DNA of 51,371 nucleotides from positions 1 to 51,371 of the IMG/VR virus record IMGVR_UViG_3300032239_000452. One strand, 5' to 3'. Under the pieces are notes generated by a model. That model did not search any database. It saw only the letters and a program-made list of their open reading frames with translations, and was not told where the DNA came from. Source of the stretch: a virus. Taxonomy: Duplodnaviria; Caudoviricetes. The position numbers were made by a program, and so were the translations under genes. Positions 19,501 to 27,200 of the stretch are shown here, piece after piece (the first letter of the stretch is position 1; each line of letters starts with the position of its first letter).

Positions 19501-20671
19501 CTTTGCCAGTGAAATCGTTGTCCTCGACTTTTACATCTTTGGCAGTTTTTAGCTCGTCAAACTTTTTCTGTAGGTCTTGGTATTGTTGCGTGACCTGAGC
19601 ATGGTACTCAGGATCTTGTAGCTGCTGAGTTTTGGTTGCAGCCTCTTGTTCGGATCGGGTTTTTGCTGCCTCTGCGTCAGCAAGCGCTTGCCTTGCACCA
19701 ACAGCTTCGCGGGCTGCACCGCGTGCACCAAACGAGCCGACCATACCAAGGGGCGCACCAAGAACGCCGGAGGTAGCAGCGCTGCCATATTGGGCATACG
19801 CATCAGGGCTGAATAACTCTTGACCGGATTGAGCGCGGGCCAGCGCTGTTTGTGCCACCATGAGTGGCGTGTTAATTGCAGCACCTTCGGCAGTTCCTTT
19901 GGCAACGGTTTTCCAGAATCCTTCATCGGCCAACTTAGCCTGCGCCGCAGCGGTGGCTTCTTCGGTAAGCCCTTTGTCCAGCAGTTTGGATACGGTGGGG
20001 CCAAATATCTTGCCGACAGCCCTTGCACCAAGGGGTGCAAGGTGTGCGTAGTTAAGTGCGGTTTCGGGGATAGCGTAGGCTGCGGCTTTGCCAACGCTCA
20101 CGTCAACAGGCTTGCCTTCTTTTTGCTGCTGCGCAGCTTGGCCGGTAACGCCAGAACCAATAGACTGCACGTACTGAAGACCAGCGCCAAGACCAGCGCC
20201 AATAGCTCCGCCGATTGGGCCACCAACCAGCGTACCCGCCAAAGGCAGTCCAGCCATTTCGGCTAGGCCCGGGGCCATGCTTGCTACCGTAGCAGGAACT
20301 TCCCCAGCCGCTGTGCGGGCTGCGGCAAACAAACCACCTTCGGGTGCGTTGTATGCCTTCTTAATTTTCTCTAGGCTGCTCTCGGTCTCATAGCGTTTGC
20401 CTATGGACTCTTCGCGCCTTAACGCTTCTTCGGCGGCTTGGTTGCGATTGCCTAAAAGAGACTGAATACCTGCGACAAGTTCCGATCCTGTGCGCTCAGT
20501 AGCCGCGCCCAGTTCCCCACGAAGACCGCCAATTGGTTTTGGCGGCATGCCAGCCGCAGGATTTTGCGCTAAGACGGCGTTGATAACGTCTTGTTGGGAT
20601 GCCCCAGCAGGCCCTTGAACATCGTAAATTTTTCCGTCAGGGGCTTGAACGCTGTAGATTTGATCGGGCAT
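13532..20671 (-). CDS. large polyvalent internal virion/ejection protein with zincin (HELLH) and C-terminal LPD38-like domain
   Basis: 2379 aa; Gly/Ala hydrophobic N-terminus; long coiled coils; HELLH...HEFLAE; C-terminal PFINSQIQG, IPFEAG.LFK, SPIKIDHLLQGYTG. Confidence 0.8.
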   Translation of the reverse strand: MPDQIYSVQAPDGKIYDVQGPAGASQQDVINAVLAQNPAAGMPPKPIGGLRGELGAATERTGSELVAGIQSLLGNRNQAAEEALRREESIGKRYETESSLEKIKKAYNAPEGGLFAAARTAAGEVPATVASMAPGLAEMAGLPLAGTLVGGPIGGAIGAGLGAGLQYVQSIGSGVTGQAAQQQKEGKPVDVSVGKAAAYAIPETALNYAHLAPLGARAVGKIFGPTVSKLLDKGLTEEATAAAQAKLADEGFWKTVAKGTAEGAAINTPLMVAQTALARAQSGQELFSPDAYAQYGSAATSGVLGAPLGMVGSFGARGAAREAVGARQALADAEAAKTRSEQEAATKTQQLQDPEYHAQVTQQYQDLQKKFDELKTAKDVKVEDNDFTGKEAKDEARRAFKEFMNSEETRGVIDKYREIQQNPITPAAPPTTEVPKPPSMTTDVQQAMDTHKLLQQQLTPLQDQFTKAAQAQDTNALRTLRPQIEALKTKIDESAANIEKLGGSVQTAEELDTAHQAALSNVDKSIQATHKKLVEAAQAQDLEATDKHSATLDDLKKQREQQIADYSKRQQALAKNKADAEAEFARRQADLENQDVGTTPTVPEGEPNVTSYMQDLAKLDEMRKQGFDEDQIAKMRARMEARRVDTSRTDQGLLFPETAESRINVGGGKAPEKTRAQLIQEFQAAKQARDRLGMQNAIEQMRIMAERSKARSEAARGIGPKGELTDAELAKQLAGTGLTATGAQAETFARTFTPTNTTPKSLREQIAAMPHNLPDHAEKIIDRVVRNFNEFASNKDRANMLAEWLHKTRTAQLHPDVIAAPDVLRERTIVNELDKLDYAKRQKQRGLFTQEEAPLPVTNAEKEALATPPKVERPVTQVEREAADAAKRKEENERNARLATIPGESISFEAHKKALSVLDDVTPRIQELTNKTNDESLPKTTRDKANRELRKLELAKKFLRGSTEGNNELRLQAEEELAKLRVKIKNQEALVAENPISSRKQELAKSQRRERELTTIIRGFGKRAERIQIETTHAKEKAAAENMAREFLERTATLEQDETLGKLPPRVIGPMVRREVTAGDVRTGNLETRGERELGGANPARQAGQVKGITPKEAVASANKIAAEKIAAREPLTEEEVNKLNLNQHLQLFDAAQSMRRNLERNLAEINEKLAFSEKAVSAKLKDPEYRKDLLHQKEMVESDLKRARANEDALGALYSEEEAKPEPTPEPKPKTAPAAKKAVPKVEPKVEPKTEPKAKKPALTQEDIDSGVESMGRAIDKQYNTKMDPTHELHGKTYSEAALIGAKNARTPLNKKLFNILAEVLKSAPTSDMQGRVFVTSERGKYTTKDGKPGEAIGHYDPAKNYVLVPSPKASNKATNVLLHELLHAATSRGVLTDVNLNRRITEMRNTVTNWLNTAEGKKYYREKGNWLKTNVEGYKAYGLTNNHEFLAEVFSNKQFQDLLQQIPSITPKQSVYTRLVNAFATFLRFVKPEERSLLHDALEVTDEVMEHTEKVNAMPVDWKTMRHNEPLEAGGDVFNAPPEYAEGFSKAGALAKKVVSTEKSLTERYNGMSFGHAGLEFMTKMVDQFAPLAKASKLMDSLSGTQMMHDLRMVGQRMNLLGQVVGHGPLQRMEITRADGKKEWVYQAANGANLVNVNKLLSNANNITGGQPATNSLFSLYSIARRAERVGLDKLNYDKAVTAADLKAAMDEIRAKPGLEKIFDAAHEEYQKFNHGLINFAVKARFLSKDVAAKMLSSADYVPYYREKANGEVALMMGNEEISRIGNIKGQPYLHELVGGNERIMDFNTAAVRNANMLLEMGLRNQAALGVAYNLRDIGMAVIGKGTASGKNVFNFKKDGEAYHAMVKDSNDIPADLLVKGMEGIPVQTSSLLRIMGLPGRLVRSMFTANPVSAGRILFKDTLSSAMTAGSNFDSIGAAFKSVGDNLMERRGLSGGEVFQGLPEDMSKILREVQSGKPGWETLLAKAHVLHAKADAMTRQIRYESYRKQGLSDMEASYMALESMNFTKRGISPSIHVLNTLNPFINSQIQGINTLVQALRGNMPFNEKLKIREKIFQRGMLVAGGTMLYAAMMQDDKAYKNALPDQKYNNWFVGFPGLDEPVRVPIPFEAGMLFKAVPEALVNALYGKGEDAAEGMRLITQKMIPGGDTLGIPLALRPGIEAYLGKSFYTGRDLESKHEQAMQPGYRTRQGTSPFADALGEELDVSPIKIDHLLQGYTGGLGLAIMNMASHLVFGKENTGPEAKLSGMPVIGSTFQPEDAGGIVEQAYKTMTEISRVQATYKDLLAKDPAKAEAYKNRYAEEFNKAGLASGFTSTMNTMNQQRTAVMASKTMTPAEKRTWLTDWQARRTAFAERQLAVARP

Positions 20672-20685
20672 ATTCGTTACTGTTA

Positions 20686-22560
20686 CTAGCCTGCGGGCCG
20701 GGTACCAACAATTTTAAATGCAGACGCATCCGGGGCTTGGGGGACAGTGCCCACCGCAGGAGCCTGCGCGGCCATTGTACCTGCGCTAGGCGAAATCATG
20801 CTAGCAACTTGTTGCTGAAACTGCGCCGCTTTAGCCATGTGCTGTTGGAACAAAGAAATATCTCCACTATGGCTTGCCAAATTTGCCGCTGCCTCTTCTT
20901 GCTTAGCCAAGTTAAGCAGGTTTTGTGCCGCAAACTTCTGCGCAGGAGACACTTGTGCAAGCAACGACTGTGCGCGGGCCTCAAACATTTGCTCTTTTGC
21001 GGGCATGATATCTGCATAGGCGTTGTGGTAACGAGCCATAGCCTTTTGCGCTTCGACTTCCGCCGCTTGTTTGTTGCGTGCAGCGCGCATCTGGCCCATT
21101 GTCAGACCAGCTTCGCCCAAGTTTTGCAGCGCATATTGAGACTTGCCAGCCAGCAACGCCATGCCCATGTTGAACATGTCCTCGTTGCTCATGTTAAAGC
21201 CGCCTTCTTCTTTTTTGGCTTCGGGAGAAGTCAAAGCGGCAATGCCTGTAATGTCTGGCTCTGCGGCAGCGGTTGCTGGGCTTGTTGCTCCGCCTTCGTA
21301 TCTTGCTAAGCGCGCAGTTTCGGCAGCAGACTGATCTGTAGCAGGTGACACCTCAGGTTCTTTAAAAGCGTCCGGACGGTTTGCTGGATCCATCATGGCT
21401 GCTGCAAGTTCTGGATCAATACCCGCTTCTCCAGTGTAGCCCGCCGTTGTTGGATTCATTAAACGGGCAATACCGCTTCCAATTTTTCCAAAAGAACTAC
21501 CAACAGTACTGCTGTACGGTGAAGGTTTTGAAGTAACTCCCGCATTTGGGGGACTCATGACCGCCGGTGCAATACCGTCAATACCAGTATCAAAACCAGT
21601 ATTGTCTTGCATTGCGTTTAATTGATTTGGGGTAGCCCTTGCCGCAGGCGCAGCAGGCTGGTCCAGACGGGCCAGCGAAAACGCGGGCGCGGCAGAGGGG
21701 AGTTCGGCTGCTTGGGCTGTTGAGCCGGGCATGGCTGCGTACAGCAGCTTACTAAACTTTTTCAAATAGCCTTGGGCTTCGCTTGGCAGCGCGGTGGGGT
21801 TGATTTGGCCGTTGTTATCGCGCAAGTGTTTGTTGAGGACGGACTCGCCTTGGTTGTAGGCCACCGCCATCTTGGCGCTATCGCCGCCGTACTTCTTCTG
21901 CAAGTCGGCCATAAACGCTAACGAAGCGTCTATATTTTTGTACGGGTCGGTGCGCTCGTCGGGATTTACGCCGTAGGCTTGCCCTGTTGCTTTTGTCAGT
22001 TGGCCGATGCCCACGGGGCCGGTCTTGGATCTAGCGTTAGCGTGGTAACCAGACTCGATACGGAAAATGCTGTCGGCCAAGTATGGGCTCAGGCCCATTT
22101 GGCGTGCTTTGGCAACCGCGTACTGACGGTATGCATCAATGGCGTCACCCTCACCACGCCCGGCACCACCTCCAGCATAGCCAGCAATACCGCCTTCAGC
22201 CATGCCTTGCAGATTCTGTGCGGGGAGCGCAGGAATTCCTTGGGGTTGTTGGCCCTGTGGGGCTTGGGGAATAGGTGCACCTTGTGGGGGCATGCCTTGG
22301 GGCGGCATACCTTGCGGCATTTGCGGGGGCATCACCGGCTGCGTCATCTTAGCGATGTCTTGGTCGGCTACCGTTGGGGGCTGTTGCCCTGCCATTTTTG
22401 CCATTGCAGCTGTACGCAGTTGCTGGCGGCTGTTGCTCTCTTGGATTGCCAACGACAAAATGTACGGATCGTTTTTGTGCATTGCAGCATACTGCTGCAA
22501 CTGCTGGTCGGGCATGCCGCGCAGCGTTGTCGTGATTTGGTTTACATTTGGGATCGGCAT
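20686..22560 (-). CDS. internal virion protein with lytic transglycosylase (SLT) domain
   Basis: IESG...A.S..GPVGIGQL...T, NI...., AYNQG motifs; Gln/Pro-rich N-terminus. Confidence 0.85.
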   Translation of the reverse strand: MPIPNVNQITTTLRGMPDQQLQQYAAMHKNDPYILSLAIQESNSRQQLRTAAMAKMAGQQPPTVADQDIAKMTQPVMPPQMPQGMPPQGMPPQGAPIPQAPQGQQPQGIPALPAQNLQGMAEGGIAGYAGGGAGRGEGDAIDAYRQYAVAKARQMGLSPYLADSIFRIESGYHANARSKTGPVGIGQLTKATGQAYGVNPDERTDPYKNIDASLAFMADLQKKYGGDSAKMAVAYNQGESVLNKHLRDNNGQINPTALPSEAQGYLKKFSKLLYAAMPGSTAQAAELPSAAPAFSLARLDQPAAPAARATPNQLNAMQDNTGFDTGIDGIAPAVMSPPNAGVTSKPSPYSSTVGSSFGKIGSGIARLMNPTTAGYTGEAGIDPELAAAMMDPANRPDAFKEPEVSPATDQSAAETARLARYEGGATSPATAAAEPDITGIAALTSPEAKKEEGGFNMSNEDMFNMGMALLAGKSQYALQNLGEAGLTMGQMRAARNKQAAEVEAQKAMARYHNAYADIMPAKEQMFEARAQSLLAQVSPAQKFAAQNLLNLAKQEEAAANLASHSGDISLFQQHMAKAAQFQQQVASMISPSAGTMAAQAPAVGTVPQAPDASAFKIVGTRPAG

Positions 22561-22561
22561 A

Positions 22562-23854
22562 TTATTTCCCCATACGTGCGAGGGCTAGACCGGCCAGACC
22601 GTCGCTTTCTTTAACTTGTCCACCCTTGGCAAACGGCTTGTAGCCCATAGACGCGGCAGTCATACCCAAACCGCCAATCTGAGACAGAGCGCTGGGCGGC
22701 GCGTTGTACGTTTGTTTTGATTCCTGAGCGATAGGCAACCCACGTAGCAGGCTGGACATAAAGCCTAGTTGCTGCTGCGGATAGTTGGCAGCGCTGCGGA
22801 AGTCGTTCATCTGTGAGTTCAGTACATTCTGAACGCTCTGTTGCTGCTGAGTACCTGTTGCATTTTGCAATTGGTTAATGCCCATGTTTTGAGCGTATTG
22901 GTTTTGACCCAAACTACCCAGCGTGTTAGCGCCAGTCAATGCCGTCTGGGCACTTTGCAACCCGAGACCCGCGCCAAACTGTTGCTGTTGTGCATTGAGT
23001 TGAGCTGCTGACTGACGTGCTTGCTGCTCGGTGTTGAACTGTTGCAGTGCTTGGTTGTACGCTGCTTGCGATCCTGTGGCTTGGATGCCTGCTAGATTTT
23101 GCTGCAATCCAGCGTTGTTTTGCGCGCGCATCACTGCGTCCCGGCCTCCGCCAAAAGCTCCGGCTTGGGTAGCCTGCGCCTGCTGTTGGGCACCGGCCAT
23201 ACCCGCATTACGCCGCGCAGCCTGTGACTGAACGTCCACTACATTTTGCATGTAAGGACTCATGTATGCCGACACATTGCTCTGGGGCTGGTAACCGCGT
23301 CCGGGCATATAGCCGCCACCCATACCTTGGCCTTGCGGGGGCTGCATCTGCTGGGAGTTTTGATCTTGCATCCCGCCGGGCAAGCTACCTAAGCCGCCCA
23401 TCATTCCTTGGCCACCGCCCATACCATCAAAAAACCCACGCTGCCCACCAACCGGGCCAAGAGCGCTTTGTGTACGATAAGGGTTGTAGTTGTACTGGGT
23501 ATTAAGTGCGTTGTATGTGGCTTGGTTTGCGGCCCCAGTAGCATTGCCTAACTGAGGGGCAGCTTGCATTTGCTCAGCGCCTTGGAACGCTTGCTGCTGC
23601 AATGGGGTAAATTGAGCGACTTGCTGGCCGGGGTATTGTTGGTAACCTTGGAACCCGGTAATGTTTGGCATTCCCGTGGCATCAACTGCGGTATTACCGC
23701 TGGCGTCTTTTCCGTATTGGAATACCGTGCCAGCCCCAGCGCCCAACATTTGCTGCACATACGGCGCGGCATAGTCGGGAATCGTAGTTTGGCTACTGGA
23801 TGTTGATGTGGGGATTGTTGCTCCACCACCGCCGCTGCTGCCGCCACCGCTCAT
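22562..23854 (-). CDS. Gln/Gly/Ala-rich internal virion (DNA ejection/pilot-like) protein
   Basis: YMSPY.QNVVD and AGAFGG.R motifs; located between the tail genes and the SLT protein. Confidence 0.7.
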   Translation of the reverse strand: MSGGGSSGGGGATIPTSTSSSQTTIPDYAAPYVQQMLGAGAGTVFQYGKDASGNTAVDATGMPNITGFQGYQQYPGQQVAQFTPLQQQAFQGAEQMQAAPQLGNATGAANQATYNALNTQYNYNPYRTQSALGPVGGQRGFFDGMGGGQGMMGGLGSLPGGMQDQNSQQMQPPQGQGMGGGYMPGRGYQPQSNVSAYMSPYMQNVVDVQSQAARRNAGMAGAQQQAQATQAGAFGGGRDAVMRAQNNAGLQQNLAGIQATGSQAAYNQALQQFNTEQQARQSAAQLNAQQQQFGAGLGLQSAQTALTGANTLGSLGQNQYAQNMGINQLQNATGTQQQQSVQNVLNSQMNDFRSAANYPQQQLGFMSSLLRGLPIAQESKQTYNAPPSALSQIGGLGMTAASMGYKPFAKGGQVKESDGLAGLALARMGK

Positions 23855-24255
23855 AATTTCACCTCAATAATTTGATATTTGGGTTCAAACCCGTAGCGTT
23901 TCCACAAACGCGTAACTGACTCACGAGTCGCGCCTTCCATAACGGTAGCGCCCATACTTACTGCGTACGCCTTTAACTGGGCAAAGGTGTCGGGGTTTGA
24001 AATCAGTTTGCCCCCAATTGCCGTAATAAAAGCTACACGGTCGTTCGCCCTATTAAAAAACTCTACGGTAACCGCGCCGTGAATTTTCTCATCTTCTGTC
24101 ACAACTAGCAACGCCCACTGCCCTTGGGCTACATAGGCTTTAACTTGATCGACAGTGTAGTCGCCCTTGGAATACTCAAGCGCCGAAGCAACGTGGGGCT
24201 CTGCCGCGTCCCAGACGCGGTGTACCCAAGCCAGATCGACGACTTCTAACTTCAT
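23851..24255 (-). CDS. hypothetical protein, possibly GNAT-like assembly factor
   Basis: 134 aa; AFITAIGG...RLWKRYGF pattern; position analogous to T7 gp13 / P22 gp14. Confidence 0.45.
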   Translation of the reverse strand: MKLEVVDLAWVHRVWDAAEPHVASALEYSKGDYTVDQVKAYVAQGQWALLVVTEDEKIHGAVTVEFFNRANDRVAFITAIGGKLISNPDTFAQLKAYAVSMGATVMEGATRESVTRLWKRYGFEPKYQIIEVKL

Positions 24256-27200
24256 ACCGGCAGGTGCCTGTCTGCGCGGCTGTTCACGGCTACGCTGTTT
24301 TTGCCTATGGTTTTACCACGGGCTTGCTGGACACGGGCCATCATTTCGTACAGCTTACGCGCCCCGGCGTCGGTTGAGCCGTTACCCAATTCCGAGACAA
24401 TCCGGGCGGGGATCACGAACTCTCCGTCAGCTAAGCGTGCTGGCTGGTGCTGCCCAATAGTAGCGGGGATGCTATCAGATACGCCATCGCCGGGGCCACG
24501 CAATAACCGGCCACCATCAGAGTATGAACCTAGGTTATACATCCCGCCTTGGGCCATGCCGCCCATAGCCAACGCCATAAGACCGCCACGGGCTGCTGTA
24601 TCAATTTCTTGGAAATTGTCGCCTGCAAGCTGCACTGGCTGTATGCCTTCGTTCATTTTGATGTTGTGCGACAACACACCCTCAGTCAAGTACGTGTGGG
24701 CGTCTTGGACTTCAATCTTTACGATAGGGCCGTGGTCAAAGTGGGCGGCTGACTTAACAACCGCAAAGCCCTCATGCTGCACAACTTTGTCGCCGGGTTG
24801 CAGGTGGCGGATTTCAGTCCAGTCCTTATCGGTCATGACGCGGTGGTTGAACGTACCCACGAACTCAGCGCCCCCTTCGAAGAGGACAGCCCAACGGGTG
24901 TCTTCTCCTTGTTCGACTGCCGTCACTGGGAAATTACCCCACTCGCCAGTTGTTTCGTGGCGCGTGTAGACCATCATGCCGGGTTTGATGTCGCCAGCGT
25001 TGACCACGCCGCCGCCAGCCATTGTGATCTTAATCCAAGGCGCAGGGCATGATCGACCGCTAGTTTCCCCGCCACCCAACGAAACTTGCTCGCCTTGTGG
25101 TGGTTGGGTTTGGATTTGCGTCTGGGTTTGATCGCCGCCGGAAGGCACGGTTTGAGTTTGCGTTTGATCGCCGCCAGAAGGAACTAGCGTAGTGATGCCG
25201 CTTTGATCGCCGCTTTGATCGCCGCTTGGGACTTGGGTTTGGGTTTGAACTTGGTCTCCGCCAGAAGGAACTAGCGTACTGATACCTGCCGCGCTTGGGA
25301 CTTCAGCCTTAAACGGTGTTGTTGATCCACCGCCGTAGTTGATGCCTGTTAACGTGTTATTGACAGCGGCAGCGTTCAACGCCTCTTGCGCCGCAGCTAC
25401 GGCATCAGAGCCGCGATTTCGACCCATCCATGCGTCTACTCTTCCTCTGTAGTCGGGGTTTCCAAAGTACTGCGCAATATCTACTCCTCCAACTGTGGTG
25501 GCAATCAATGGGCTAACAGTAATCGAACCTGTTTTCGTGGTTGTAGCTGCGTTATTTACAACATTATTTAAGTTGGTGAAATTATTGTTAAGCGCGGTAA
25601 TCCCGCTCGTGTTTCCTTGAACAAAAGCATCATGCGCAGCTATGGTGGCCAAGTCGCTAGGCGTCAGGGTTGTGTCGTCCACTGTGGAAGAGGGGACTGT
25701 TGTTGGCGCAGAGGGTTCAGAAGGTGCGGATGGAGACGGCACGCTAGGCGAAGGTGCAGAAGGCTCCGAAGGGGCGGAAGGCACCGACGGCTCAGACGGC
25801 ACAGACGGCACAGACGGAACGGACGGTTCTGCGGGTGCAACAGGTATTGATGGTACAGACGGCGGCTCCGAGGGTTCAGAAGGTGCAGATGGTGGCGGCA
25901 CGCTTGGCGAAGGTGCAGGAGGCTCCGAGGGAGATGGTACCGAGGGTGTGGATGGCACAGACGGTACCGAGGGTTCAGACGGTACAGAAGGAGGTTCAGC
26001 CGGTGCAGACGGTACAGACGGTACAGACGGTACCGAGGGTTCAGAAGGCTCAGTCGGTGTAGACGGTACCGAGGGTTCAGACGGTACAGAAGGAGGTTCA
26101 GCCGGTGTAGACGGTACCGAGGGTTCAGACGGCTCCGAAGGAGACGGCACGCTAGGCGAAGGTGCAGAAGGCTCCGAAGGAGATGGCACGCTAGGCGAAG
26201 GTGCAGAAGGCTCCGAAGGAGATGGCACGCTAGGCGAAGGTGCAGAAGGCTCAGACGGTACCGAGGGTACAGACGGTTCCGCCGGAGGCCCAGAAGGAGT
26301 CGATGGTGCTGAAGGTGCAGACGGCTCCGAAGGAGACGGTACAGACGGCTCAGTAGGTGTAGATGGTACTGAGGGGGACGGCGCGCTAGGCGACGGCGTG
26401 GATGGGGGAGCCGAAGGCTCCGAGGGTTCAGAAGGCGCAGATGGAGACGGCACGCTAGGCGAAGGTGCAGGAGGCTCCGAGGGAGATGGCGTAGAAGGTA
26501 CGCTTGGCGAAGGTGCGGATGGAGACGGCACGCTAGGCGAAGGTGCAGAAGGCTCCGAAGGGGACGGAGCGCTAGGCGACGGCGTAGATGGCACCGAAGG
26601 CGTAGACGGCACCGAAGGCGTAGACGGCACCGAAGGTGTAGACGGTACCGAAGGTGTAGACGGTACCGAAGGTTCGCTTGGCGAAGGCCCAGAAGGTGTA
26701 GACGGTACCGAAGGTTCGCTTGGCGAAGGCCCAGAAGGCGTAGACGGTACAGACGGAGACGGTGCACTAGGCGAAGGCGTGCTAGGCGAAGGTGCAGAAG
26801 GCTCCGAGGGAGAAGGAGTGCTGGGCACCGATGGAGACGGAGTGCTGGGCACCGATGGAGACGGAGCGCTGGGCGATGGAGTGCTAGGCACCGATGGAGA
26901 CGGAGCGCTGGGCGATGGAGTGCTGGGCGACGGTGCAGAAGGCTCCGATGGAGACGGAGCGCTAGGCGATGGGGTGCTAGGCACCGATGGAGATGGAGCG
27001 CTAGGCGATGGCGTAGATGGAGTGCTGGGAACCGAAGGCGTTGAAGGCACAGACGGTGCCGACGGTGCGGATGGGGGCGCGGATGGGGGCGCGGATGGTG
27101 GCTTAGACGGAGGCGCAGATGGGGCCGAGGGAGGCGCGCTAGGAGGAGTTGGAGGAGCCGAAGGCGCTGCTTTACCCGGGCCATAGCCCATCAAATAGTT

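Noticed and set aside
13472-22614. Many + strand ORFs of 60-300 aa opposite the large virion genes
   Set aside because: Antisense shadows of long coding frames; no recognisable motifs or RBS.
24663-25049. Canonical mobile intein
   Set aside because: The +1 residue is Ile, there is no homing endonuclease, and the site is not a conserved enzyme motif; reported as BIL-like instead.
25695-27170. Possible CRISPR array or DGR repeat
   Set aside because: The repeats are contiguous, in frame and degenerate, with no unique spacers; no reverse transcriptase or cas operon is present.
25642-27186. 514-aa + strand Gly/Asp/Glu ORF (collagen-like look) and 506-aa Arg/Leu alternative-frame ORF
   Set aside because: Both coincide with the PS repeat tract, whose codons lack stops in those frames; they are shadows of the 1409-aa gene.
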